This document shows, piece by piece, positions 11,190 to 19,849 of a DNA stretch of 64,000 bases (the first letter of the stretch is position 1; every line of letters starts with the position of its first letter). A program made the position numbers and the translations under genes. The notes under the pieces were generated by a model that did no database searches, was not told the origin of the DNA, and was given only the letters and a program-made list of their open reading frames with translations. Origin of the DNA: Patescibacteria group bacterium (GTDB taxonomy: Bacteria; Patescibacteriota; Minisyncoccia; Phycocordibacterales; Phycocordibacteraceae); assembly GCA_040384725.1 (NCBI GenBank), contig JAZKIS010000002.1, positions 7,682-71,681 of the forward strand, written 5' to 3'.

Positions 11190-12281
11190 ATGGCAAAATC
11201 AACAAAGAAGGCGGCTCCGGCCCCAAAGAAGGCTCCCGCAGCCAAGAAGAAGGCCGTAGCGTCTATCTCATTTGATACAACTACGCTCGTAAAGCGTCTT
11301 CTCGCTGAGGTGCCTGAGCGTGCTCGCGAGGTGCTCGTATTCCGCTTCGGTCTCGGCGCTAAGTCGAGCCGTGACACCCTCGAGGCTATCGGCGAGCGCT
11401 GGAGCATCACGCGCGAGCGCGTACGCCAGATCGAAGCTGCAGGCATCGAGTCTATCCGCAACAGCAAGGCCTTCAAGGACTCTCAGGACTCCTTTGACGA
11501 GCTCTGCCAGTACATGACCGCGCTCGGCAGCATCATCCCTGAGGACGAGCTTCTCGAGGGCCTCGCAACGGATGAGAAGTCCAGGAACCGCTTCCGTTTT
11601 CTCCTCGTCGTTGGAAGCTCCTTCTTCCGCGAGCGCGAGACCGACGATTTCTATGCACGATGGCATGTTGATCAGAAAACCGCCGAAGCGGTGCATGGCG
11701 CACTCTCTCGCCTCTATGAGACACTCGACGACGCTGAGGTGCTCGCTGAGGGCGATATCATCAACCGCTTCCTCGAGGAACTGAAGGACGTGAACAGCGC
11801 GTACCGCAACGAGGAGATTCTTAAGCGCTGGCTCACCATCTCGAAGACCATCGCGAAGAACCCGCTTTCAGAGTGGGGTAAGGCGCACGCGCCTGCGATC
11901 CGCACGAAGGGTATCCGCGACTACGCGTACCTCGTGATCAAGCAGAAGGGCGAGCCTATGCACTTCGGTGACGTGGCGAAGTCTATCGTCGAGGTCTTCA
12001 ACAAGAAGGCGCATGTCGCAACGACTCATAACGAGCTCATCAAGGATTCCCGCTTCGTACTCGTCGGTCGCGGCCTCTACGCGCTCGCTGAATGGGGCTT
12101 CTCTCCAGGCGTTGTGCGCGACGTGATCAAGAACGCGCTTGAGAAGGGTCCTCTCAATCGTGACGAGATCATCAAGGAGGTGAAGAAGGTCCGCTACGTG
12201 AAGGACAACACCATCCTCGTGAACCTCGGCGACACGCGGTACTTCAAGCGCAGCAAGGACGGCACTTACACAGCGGTGTAA
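11190..12281 (+). CDS. Sigma70 region-4-like HTH plus winged-helix protein
   Basis: RFGL..TLEAIGERWSITRERVRQIE; C-terminal HNELIKDSRFVLVGRGLYALAEWG. Confidence 0.8.
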   Translation: MAKSTKKAAPAPKKAPAAKKKAVASISFDTTTLVKRLLAEVPERAREVLVFRFGLGAKSSRDTLEAIGERWSITRERVRQIEAAGIESIRNSKAFKDSQDSFDELCQYMTALGSIIPEDELLEGLATDEKSRNRFRFLLVVGSSFFRERETDDFYARWHVDQKTAEAVHGALSRLYETLDDAEVLAEGDIINRFLEELKDVNSAYRNEEILKRWLTISKTIAKNPLSEWGKAHAPAIRTKGIRDYAYLVIKQKGEPMHFGDVAKSIVEVFNKKAHVATTHNELIKDSRFVLVGRGLYALAEWGFSPGVVRDVIKNALEKGPLNRDEIIKEVKKVRYVKDNTILVNLGDTRYFKRSKDGTYTAV

Positions 12282-12298
12282 ACACATTCCGTACACAC

Positions 12299-12336
12299 AG
12301 AACGCCTCGCTCACTGCGAGGCGTTCTTGTTTTGTT
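12299..12336 (+). terminator. Intrinsic terminator
   Basis: AGAACGCCTCGC-TCACT-GCGAGGCGTTCT followed by a T-tract. Confidence 0.85.
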
Positions 12337-12350
12337 GCTATACTTCGAAC

Positions 12351-13730
12351 ATGTCATCAGGCGGACACGGCGGAGGGGGACTACCGTTCCTCGATATTAT
12401 CGAGAACTGGGTGCATGGCGTGCATGAGGAAGGAGGTACAGCGGTTCAGCTCAAGCCGCTCCTGATCGCGTTTGCCGCCGAGATCATAGCGTTCTTCTTC
12501 GTGGCGCCTGCGCAATCCGTTACGAACTTCCAGTTCCTGCTGTTCGCTGCCCCGCTCTGGATACCGATCGTCTTGTACCCGTTCACGCTGAAGCGGTATA
12601 TCGATGCGAACAAGCTCGCATTCATCGCGAAACAGGATCACGTGCTGCTCGAGATTAAGATGCCGCGTGATACGCGTCGTACGCCCTTGGCTATGGAGAC
12701 GGTATTCTCGAGCATGCATATCGGCGGCGGCGAGACGACCTGGTACAAGCGCATCATCGAGGGGCGGTCACGCCCTTGGTACTCCTACGAGATAGCCTCC
12801 ATCGGAGGGCGTGTGCACTACTTCGTCTGGATGCGTGCCGGCTGGCGGCGTCCGTTCGAGAGCTATATCTACGCGCAGTATCCTGGCGTCGAGGTTATCG
12901 AAGCCATGGACTACTCCCGCCTCATTGATCCGTCGCATGAGCCGTATACCATGACGGCGTTCGAGTTCATGAAAACGAAGCCGGCCCCGTATCCCATAAA
13001 GACGTATGTCGAGTACGGACTCGACAAGGTGCAGAAGCCGGAGGAGCAGGTTGATCCGCTCGCGCAGATGCTCGAGGTTATGGGATCCCTCGGACCCAAG
13101 GAGCAGCTCTGGCTGCAGTTCGTGGTGCGTATCCATAAGGGAGAGAAGTATGGCGAGGACCAGAAGCGCACCTGGAAGGACGAAGCGAAGGAGGTTCTCT
13201 CTGAGCTGAAGGAGGAAGACGCCGTTACGAACGAGTACGTTGATGCGAATGGCGTAAAGAAGACGAGCGTTAGCTACCCGAACCCAACGCGCGCCATGGC
13301 GAGCCGCATCGAGGCTATCGAGAAGAATACCGGCAAGCAGGCGTACGACGTCGGCATCCGCGGTATCTATTGTGCGCCGAAGGATTCTGCGTACGGCACC
13401 ATGGGCGGCGTGCTCGTTAACCTCTTCAAGCCGTACAACTCAGAGCAGTTCAACTCCCTCATGCCGAGTAACGGCCGCTGGTCAAACCATTTCAATGATT
13501 ATCCTTGGGAGGACAAGCACGGGCATCATGCTGCGCACGCTAATCATGGCGTGCTTGAGTTCTATCGCATGCGTGCGTTCTTCCATCCACCGTATATCGG
13601 CGAGTACAACGTCATGAGCATCGAAGAGCTCGCAACCATGTACCATGTGCCATCGAGCTCGGTTACGACGCCATCCTTGCCGCGCATCCAGTCGACGACG
13701 AGCGAGGCGCCGAGCAATCTTCCTACGTAG
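12351..13730 (+). CDS. Hypothetical membrane-anchored protein, CPR-type
   Basis: Two N-terminal TMs; LLEIKMPR, SYEIAS, YAQYPGVE and EELATMYHVP motifs. Confidence 0.75.
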   Translation: MSSGGHGGGGLPFLDIIENWVHGVHEEGGTAVQLKPLLIAFAAEIIAFFFVAPAQSVTNFQFLLFAAPLWIPIVLYPFTLKRYIDANKLAFIAKQDHVLLEIKMPRDTRRTPLAMETVFSSMHIGGGETTWYKRIIEGRSRPWYSYEIASIGGRVHYFVWMRAGWRRPFESYIYAQYPGVEVIEAMDYSRLIDPSHEPYTMTAFEFMKTKPAPYPIKTYVEYGLDKVQKPEEQVDPLAQMLEVMGSLGPKEQLWLQFVVRIHKGEKYGEDQKRTWKDEAKEVLSELKEEDAVTNEYVDANGVKKTSVSYPNPTRAMASRIEAIEKNTGKQAYDVGIRGIYCAPKDSAYGTMGGVLVNLFKPYNSEQFNSLMPSNGRWSNHFNDYPWEDKHGHHAAHANHGVLEFYRMRAFFHPPYIGEYNVMSIEELATMYHVPSSSVTTPSLPRIQSTTSEAPSNLPT

Positions 13731-13736
13731 TCGAGC

Positions 13737-13761
13737 GGGTTTCAAGCCTACTCCGTCAGCA
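13737..13761 (+). repeat. tRNA-Gln-3'-end-like cassette boundary site H (degenerate)
   Basis: GGGTTTCAAGCCTACTCCGTCAGCA. Confidence 0.45.
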
Positions 13762-13767
13762 ATTGAA

Positions 13768-13797
13768 ACAGCCGCCCGATGGACTCGGGCGGCTGTG
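13768..13797. terminator. Terminator between convergent genes
   Basis: ACAGCCGCCCGA-TGGAC-TCGGGCGGCTGT. Confidence 0.8.
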
Positions 13798-13805
13798 CCG
13801 TTCGG

Positions 13806-14276
13806 CTATGCGGCCGGTTTAAGAACCTGTCCAGTTTTCGTGACGACCACCGTTGCTCCGGGAGCATGGTCCTCTCGGTTGACCGGCCAGTCAATGATAT
13901 AGCTGACCTGATCTGGAAGCTTCACGCCGGGGTGTCGTTCCTGAAGCGCCTTGATCGCAAACGGAAGATCGGTGAAGCGATCGAACCAAACCGCGATGTC
14001 CCGATACTCGTCGTTGGTGAGCATCACCTGGCCGAAAATGCCGGAATCAGTAAAGCCTTCTTCGAAACTCAAGGCGTATTTGCCCGGAGGCATCCTCATC
14101 TTAAATTTCTCCATGCCTGGTTCGGCATCTCGCTTGTTGTTCAGGCGTTCGATAACGGCCGTGTCATAAATAACCAGCAGCAGGTCCGGATCATGCTTCT
14201 GGCCGAAGAACCTAGGCTGTTCTCCCGGTTCTCTGGGTTGGCGCTCTTCGACCACGATTCTTGTCACCATATCCAT
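13806..14276 (-). CDS. Accessory hypothetical protein
   Basis: Strong SD AAAGGAGGT before ATG; terminator downstream. Confidence 0.75.
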   Translation of the reverse strand: MDMVTRIVVEERQPREPGEQPRFFGQKHDPDLLLVIYDTAVIERLNNKRDAEPGMEKFKMRMPPGKYALSFEEGFTDSGIFGQVMLTNDEYRDIAVWFDRFTDLPFAIKALQERHPGVKLPDQVSYIIDWPVNREDHAPGATVVVTKTGQVLKPAA

Positions 14277-14319
14277 GGCAACCTCCTTTCATCTAGACAG
14301 AAGCTAGCACGCATTGCAG

Positions 14320-14350
14320 AAAGGTTCCAACATCGTCCTAGACTGCCAGC
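14320..14350 (+). repeat. Cassette boundary site D (reference copy)
   Basis: AAAGGTTCCAACATCGTCCTAGACTGCCAGC. Confidence 0.7.
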
Positions 14351-14371
14351 GATAAGTGCTACAGTTTAGCT

Positions 14372-14614
14372 ATGAATAAAAGAGAAGCCGTTCAATCAGG
14401 GAAAACATACGAGCACTACAAGGGTGGGCGCTACACGGTCCTTTTCGTTACTGAAGAGACTACAAATGCTCGGAAGGGTAATGCGGGTGGAGTTGTATAT
14501 GTCTCTCATACATATGGCAAGATCAAGCACCGAGACTTTGACGAGTTTACAGAAGAAATCGAGTGGCCTGATGGTGTTGTGCGCCCGCGCTTCATCCTTG
14601 CTGAGAAAGAATAG
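14372..14614 (+). CDS. DUF1653-family protein
   Basis: YEHYKGGRYTVL...VVY...R..DEF.E...RF. Confidence 0.8.
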   Translation: MNKREAVQSGKTYEHYKGGRYTVLFVTEETTNARKGNAGGVVYVSHTYGKIKHRDFDEFTEEIEWPDGVVRPRFILAEKE

Positions 14615-14640
14615 CTCTGACATCGTTCCCGACTGCTCGC
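14610..14640 (+). repeat. Cassette boundary site E
   Basis: AATAGCTCTGACATCGTTCCCGACTGCTCGC; 21/31 identity to site D. Confidence 0.6.
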
Positions 14641-14686
14641 AGCAAAAGAAAACCGCCCAATCCACTTCCGTGGTATACCTTCATGC

Positions 14687-15715
14687 ATGAAAGGAGCGCG
14701 CGTATTCGTCGGTCTATCAGGCGGCGTTGACTCTGCCGTAACGGCGGCCCTCTTGAAAAAGGACGGTGCTGATGTCGTCGGCGTATTCATCAAGGGCTGG
14801 TATCCGCCCGGCATGCCCTGCACCTGGACACAAGATCGGAGAGACGCGATGCGTGTCGCGGCCAGACTCCATATACCGTTCGAGACACTGGACGCTTCGA
14901 GCGAGTACAAGCAGGGCGTCATAGACTATCTGCTCGCAGAATATAAGCGAGGACGAACCCCGAACCCGGACGTCATGTGTAACCGAGAGGTTAAGTTCGG
15001 AGCATTCTATCGCTACGCGAAGGAGCGCGGTGCAGACTACATCGCAACGGGGCACTACGCACGTGCCGAGAACGGACACTTGTATCGGGGCATCGATGCA
15101 AGCAAGGATCAGAGCTATTTCCTCTGGGCGGTGCCTAAGGATGCTATGTCCATGACGCTCTTTCCGCTCGGAGGGACGCGAAAGGTCGATACGCGCGGAC
15201 TCGCGAAGCGCTTCCATCTTCCGAATGCTGCGAAGAAGGATAGTCAGGGCATATGCTTCCTGGGCTCTATCTCCATAGAGGAGTTCCTCGTCTCAGAGTT
15301 CGGTAGCGAACCCGGTGTGGCACAGGACGCACAGGGAAATCAAGTGGGGCTCCACGACGGCGCCATACTGCACACGCTTGGCGAACGCATCGCACTTAGG
15401 GACGCTGATGCGGGTCCTTGGTATGTCGTACGGAAAGATATCGAGAGAAACCTCCTCGTTGTATCAGAGGAACGTCACACGACTGAATCAACCCAGGGAA
15501 TCAACCTTACCGATACCAACTGGTTCCAGGAACCGGAACCCGATGAGCGATTCTCCGCTCAGTTCAGATATCACGGCTCCCGTATCAGCGGTTCTCTTTC
15601 TGAAGACCGGTCTCTGTTCCTGCTGGACGCGCCGCTCCCCGAGCCGCTCGCCAGCGGCCAATCCCTTGTTATCTATAGAGGCGACGCAGTTGTCGGAGGC
15701 GGCATCATTGCCTAA
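14687..15715 (+). CDS. mnmA: tRNA 2-thiouridine synthase MnmA
   Basis: SGGVDS, GRTPNPDVMCN, ATGHY, KDQSYFL, KKDSQGICF. Confidence 0.97.
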   Translation: MKGARVFVGLSGGVDSAVTAALLKKDGADVVGVFIKGWYPPGMPCTWTQDRRDAMRVAARLHIPFETLDASSEYKQGVIDYLLAEYKRGRTPNPDVMCNREVKFGAFYRYAKERGADYIATGHYARAENGHLYRGIDASKDQSYFLWAVPKDAMSMTLFPLGGTRKVDTRGLAKRFHLPNAAKKDSQGICFLGSISIEEFLVSEFGSEPGVAQDAQGNQVGLHDGAILHTLGERIALRDADAGPWYVVRKDIERNLLVVSEERHTTESTQGINLTDTNWFQEPEPDERFSAQFRYHGSRISGSLSEDRSLFLLDAPLPEPLASGQSLVIYRGDAVVGGGIIA

Positions 15716-15750
15716 GAGCCTTAAAATCGAGGATGCTATGATACGGGTAA

Positions 15751-16584
15751 ATGAAGCCTGAGATCATCAAAGCAGACGGGACCGTAGAGATATTCGACGG
15801 CGTAAAGCTCGAGGCTTCGCTCGTGCGTGCCGGAGCAACCCAGTCGACCGCTGAGCGCATTCGCCACACCATCGAGTCCTCAATGGGCAACTCGGCGGAG
15901 AGTGCAGAGATATATCGCCGCGCATTCCAGATGCTTCGCCAGGAGGCTCGTCCCGTAGCCGCTCGCTATAGTCTACGGCGTGCGCTCTTCGATCTCGGTC
16001 CGTCAGGGCACCCGTTCGAAGACTTCGTTGCGGAGCTCTTCAAGAAGGAGGGATGGACCGTTGAGGGAAGGAGAATGATTCCAGGAAAGTGCGTACCGCA
16101 CGAGGTAGACGTATACGCGAAGCGCGGAAACGAGCACCTCGCTGCAGAGCTCAAGTACCACAACAGCCCTGGCTATAAGACTGACGTGAAGGTAGCGCTT
16201 TATGTAAAGGCGCGTTTCGACGATATCTGGCAGTGCAAGGAGGATGATGCGAAGACGTGCCCGGTTGATCTCGGGTATCTCATCACGAACACGAAGTTCA
16301 CGCGCCAGGCGATCGATTACGCAACTTGTTCCGGCATGGGTCTCCTTGGCTGGAGCTATCCTCACGAGGGGAATCTCTATGACCGCATCATCGCGAACAG
16401 CTTGTTCCCCGTAACGGCACTCACCACGCTCAAGAAAGCGGAGAAGCGGCTCCTTATCGACAAGGGTATCGTTACCTGCGACCAGGTGCGCGAGAACCGC
16501 GATGTTCTGCGAAGCGTCGGCCTTACGCCTGAGCGCATCGGGACGGTAGTGGCTGAGGTTAATACGCTATGCGCGAAAGATTAA
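15751..16584 (+). CDS. ATP-cone plus Mrr-like restriction endonuclease domain protein
   Basis: IIKADGTVEIFD..KL ATP cone; FE...EVDV...ELKYH nuclease motif. Confidence 0.8.
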   Translation: MKPEIIKADGTVEIFDGVKLEASLVRAGATQSTAERIRHTIESSMGNSAESAEIYRRAFQMLRQEARPVAARYSLRRALFDLGPSGHPFEDFVAELFKKEGWTVEGRRMIPGKCVPHEVDVYAKRGNEHLAAELKYHNSPGYKTDVKVALYVKARFDDIWQCKEDDAKTCPVDLGYLITNTKFTRQAIDYATCSGMGLLGWSYPHEGNLYDRIIANSLFPVTALTTLKKAEKRLLIDKGIVTCDQVRENRDVLRSVGLTPERIGTVVAEVNTLCAKD

Positions 16585-16585
16585 T

Positions 16586-17368
16586 ATGACTGACTTCAAG
16601 CGATACAACCCGAATCGGAGTCCGGACTGGAACTATGGCGGCAAGAAGTGGCGCTTGTCGCGCTCAAAGATTGAGTTCTTCGTAGAGTGCCCGCGTTGCT
16701 TCTATGTAGACAATAAGCTCGGAACCAAGCGCCCTGGGTATCCTGAATTCACGCTCAACAAGGCGGTGGACGCGCTTTTCAAGAAAGAATTCGATGCGCA
16801 TCGGAAAGCCGCAACGGCGCACCCGCTTATGCAGCAGTACGGCATCGATGCGGTCCCGTTCGTGCACGCGAAGATGGATACATGGCGGGAGAACTTCGAG
16901 GGCGTTGAGTTCAAGCATCCTTCTACAGGATTCGTTATCTCGGGAGCCGTAGACGATATTTGGATAAACAAGGCAGGGGAACTCATCGTTGTTGACTACA
17001 AGGCAACGTCAAAGCCGGGCACCATAGAGACGCTCGGAGATTCGAGCTGGAACGAGCAGTACAAGCGTCAGATGGGCGTGTACCAGTGGCTTCTCCGGAA
17101 TAACGGATTCGAGGTCTCTTCGATGGGATACCTGGTCTATGCGAACGCGAGCGCGGACAAGGAGGCATTCGATGGCAGGCTCGAGTTCGAGGTAACGATC
17201 GTTGAATGCGAAGGACAGTCGGAATGGATAGATGAGATTCTGCCGAAGATAAAGGAGACACTCGAGAGCGATGCGATACCGGCTATTGGAGAAGCGTGTG
17301 AGTTCTGCCCATACCGCGAGGCTGCGGGAAAGAAGCTTCTCGCAATGCACCAAGCAAAGAAAAAATAA
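16586..17368 (+). CDS. PD-(D/E)XK nuclease, RecB/AddB/Cas4-like
   Basis: LSRS, CPRC, GAVDD, VVDYK, QMGVY, CEFC. Confidence 0.85.
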   Translation: MTDFKRYNPNRSPDWNYGGKKWRLSRSKIEFFVECPRCFYVDNKLGTKRPGYPEFTLNKAVDALFKKEFDAHRKAATAHPLMQQYGIDAVPFVHAKMDTWRENFEGVEFKHPSTGFVISGAVDDIWINKAGELIVVDYKATSKPGTIETLGDSSWNEQYKRQMGVYQWLLRNNGFEVSSMGYLVYANASADKEAFDGRLEFEVTIVECEGQSEWIDEILPKIKETLESDAIPAIGEACEFCPYREAAGKKLLAMHQAKKK

Positions 17369-17371
17369 CTT

Positions 17372-18037
17372 ATGGAGGTTCGCATCGAAGAATCTTGGAA
17401 GAATAGACTGAAGGAAGAATTTGAAAAGCCTTACTTTCTGGAGCTTACGAAGCTTGTAAAGGAAGAATATGAGAATGGCACGGTCTATCCGCATCCGAAG
17501 AACATATTTCGAGCGTTTGAGTTAACGCCCTTCGATGCAGTCAGGGTCGTGATCCTTGGTCAGGATCCGTATCACGGACCGAAACAGGCGATCGGCCTAT
17601 CGTTCGCGGTTGAAGACGGAATTGCCCTTCCGCCTTCCCTTCGCAATATATACAAAGAGATCGAGAGCGATCTCGGAGAGAAGCCCAAGCCAAACGGAGA
17701 TCTATCACGATGGGCAACGCAGGGAGTGCTTCTTCTAAACGCTACCCTCACCGTTCGTGCGAGCTCTGCTGGCTCGCATCAGGGAAAGGGCTGGGAAGAG
17801 TTCACCGATGCAGCTATACGAGCTCTTTCAGAAGAACGAGAGCATCTCGTGTTCATACTGTGGGGCAATTATGCGCGTTCGAAAGGTGCTCATATTGATC
17901 GAACGAAGCATTTGGTTATCGAATCGCCACACCCGTCTCCGTTTTCAGCGAGCAACGGATTCTTCGGTTCAAGGCCATTCAGCAAGGCGAATGAGTATCT
18001 TACTAAGCAGGGGTTGCAAGCAATAGACTGGCTTTGA
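17372..18037 (+). CDS. ung: Uracil-DNA glycosylase family 1
   Basis: GQDPYH and HPSPFS motifs. Confidence 0.97.
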   Translation: MEVRIEESWKNRLKEEFEKPYFLELTKLVKEEYENGTVYPHPKNIFRAFELTPFDAVRVVILGQDPYHGPKQAIGLSFAVEDGIALPPSLRNIYKEIESDLGEKPKPNGDLSRWATQGVLLLNATLTVRASSAGSHQGKGWEEFTDAAIRALSEEREHLVFILWGNYARSKGAHIDRTKHLVIESPHPSPFSASNGFFGSRPFSKANEYLTKQGLQAIDWL

Positions 18038-18073
18038 TTTGCCGCTCTTCTTGGGCGCTGGTATCGTCTACCT

Positions 18074-19831
18074 ATGACTGCACTTAAAACCGAGTGGGAC
18101 CTATCCGTGTTTTATAAGGGTGTTACTGATCCTGCGATCGAACAGGATCAAAAGATGGCTGACAAGGCTATGGCAGCGTTCGCGAAAAAGTATCGCGAGG
18201 ACAAACGGCACTTGAAGAATGCGAAGGCACTCGCGGAAGCGCTCACCGCTTACGAAGGGCTCATAGCGCTTCCCGCCGCGCGTGCCAGCTACTACGTCTT
18301 CTATCGGAAGGATCTCAATATCGAGGATAAGGAGGCCGAGGCGCTCGCAGCGCGCCTTGAGGAGCGAGGCACAAGGCGCGGGAATCAGATTCTTTTCTTT
18401 ACGCTCGAGCTCGGAAAGATCTCATTGGAAAAGCAACGCGAGTTCTTGAAGGCAACAGCGCTCGCGCCTTTCAAGTACTGGCTCGAGCAGGTATTCGAGA
18501 ACGCTCGGTACGACCTCTCAGAAGCCGAGGAGAAGATACTTTCCCTCAAGGAGGACGTGTCGCACGGGCGGTGGGTGCAGCTCACGGATAACGTGCTCAA
18601 CAAGAAGACAGTGGAGTTTAACGATACGATGCTTCCGCTCCCTGAGGCAGTTGGCATCCTTGCGAACCAGCCTACAGCGAAGCGCCGCAAGCTCGGTACG
18701 CTCCTTAACGAGGCGTACGAGAGCGTCGCGGACGTAGCGGAAGGCGAAATCAATGCGATCTACACTGACAAGAAGATCGAGGACGAGCTTCGCGGGATGA
18801 AAGAACCGTACGAGGCGACGATCCGTGGTTACCAGAACGACGTGAAGAGCGTGCTCGCGCTCGTCGAGGCTGTTGAAAAAAGCGCAAAGATCTCCCATCG
18901 CTTCTACGAGGCGAAGAGGAAGCTTCTGAAGCTCAGCCATCTCACGTATGCGGACCGCAGCGCCTCTATCGGCGAGTTGAAGACGAAGATGCCTTTCGAG
19001 AAGGCAGTACCTATCGTCCGCGAAGTATTCGAAGAGCTCGATCCAGCATACGCTCAAATCTTTGACCGCCTAATCGAGAACGGACAGGTAGACGTCCACC
19101 CGAAGAAAGGAAAGGCTGGAGGCGCTTACTGCGCATCGGGCCCTGGCGTACCGACCTTCGTGCTTTTGAACCACACGGACACGTTCGATTCGGTGAAGAC
19201 GCTCGCGCACGAGATGGGGCATGCCGTACACGCGGAACGCTCCAAAGACCAGCGCCCACTGTATGAAGGGCACCCAATCTCAACCGCTGAGACCGCAAGC
19301 ACATTCTTCGAGTACGCGGCATTAAAGCGCCTCGTTGCGAACCTTCCTAAGGAAGAACGCATTATCGCGCTCCATAACGTCATTCAGGACGATATAAGCA
19401 CGGTCTTCAGGCAGATTGCCTGCTTCAGCTTCGAGCGCTCGCTTCACGCGCTCATACGCAAAGAAGGCTACGTGCCGAAGGAACGCATCGCCGACCTCAT
19501 GAACGAGCGCATGCAAGCGTATCTTGGCCCTGCGTTCAAGCTTACGCGCGGGGACGGATACTTCTTCGTTAACTGGAGCCATATACGCCGATTCTTCTAC
19601 GTGTACTCGTATGCGTACGGCCAGCTCATCAGCAAGGGCCTGCATGCGAAGCTCGAGAAGGATCCTGCATTCATTAAGAAAGTGGACGGGTTCCTGTCAG
19701 CAGGCGAGAGCATGTCTCCCGAGGATATCTTCAAGAGGTGCGGCCTGAACACGAAGAAGCCAGACATCTTCCTTGAGGGGCTGAAGGCTATTGAGAAGGA
19801 CGTGGCGCAGCTCGAGCGGCTTATCAAATAA
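18074..19831 (+). CDS. pepF: M3B oligoendopeptidase F
   Basis: WDLS N-terminus, KGKAGGAYC, HEMGH, AETASTFFE, FYVYSYA. Confidence 0.9.
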   Translation: MTALKTEWDLSVFYKGVTDPAIEQDQKMADKAMAAFAKKYREDKRHLKNAKALAEALTAYEGLIALPAARASYYVFYRKDLNIEDKEAEALAARLEERGTRRGNQILFFTLELGKISLEKQREFLKATALAPFKYWLEQVFENARYDLSEAEEKILSLKEDVSHGRWVQLTDNVLNKKTVEFNDTMLPLPEAVGILANQPTAKRRKLGTLLNEAYESVADVAEGEINAIYTDKKIEDELRGMKEPYEATIRGYQNDVKSVLALVEAVEKSAKISHRFYEAKRKLLKLSHLTYADRSASIGELKTKMPFEKAVPIVREVFEELDPAYAQIFDRLIENGQVDVHPKKGKAGGAYCASGPGVPTFVLLNHTDTFDSVKTLAHEMGHAVHAERSKDQRPLYEGHPISTAETASTFFEYAALKRLVANLPKEERIIALHNVIQDDISTVFRQIACFSFERSLHALIRKEGYVPKERIADLMNERMQAYLGPAFKLTRGDGYFFVNWSHIRRFFYVYSYAYGQLISKGLHAKLEKDPAFIKKVDGFLSAGESMSPEDIFKRCGLNTKKPDIFLEGLKAIEKDVAQLERLIK

Positions 19832-19849
19832 TGGTATCGTCATAGCACT

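Noticed and set aside
13779-14369. 196-aa + strand ORF
   Set aside because: The opposite-strand ORF 13806-14276 has a strong SD and terminator, while this ORF runs across a terminator and boundary site D.
16586-17368. Cas4-like nuclease as evidence of CRISPR-Cas
   Set aside because: No cas1/cas2 and no repeat-spacer array seen anywhere in the window.
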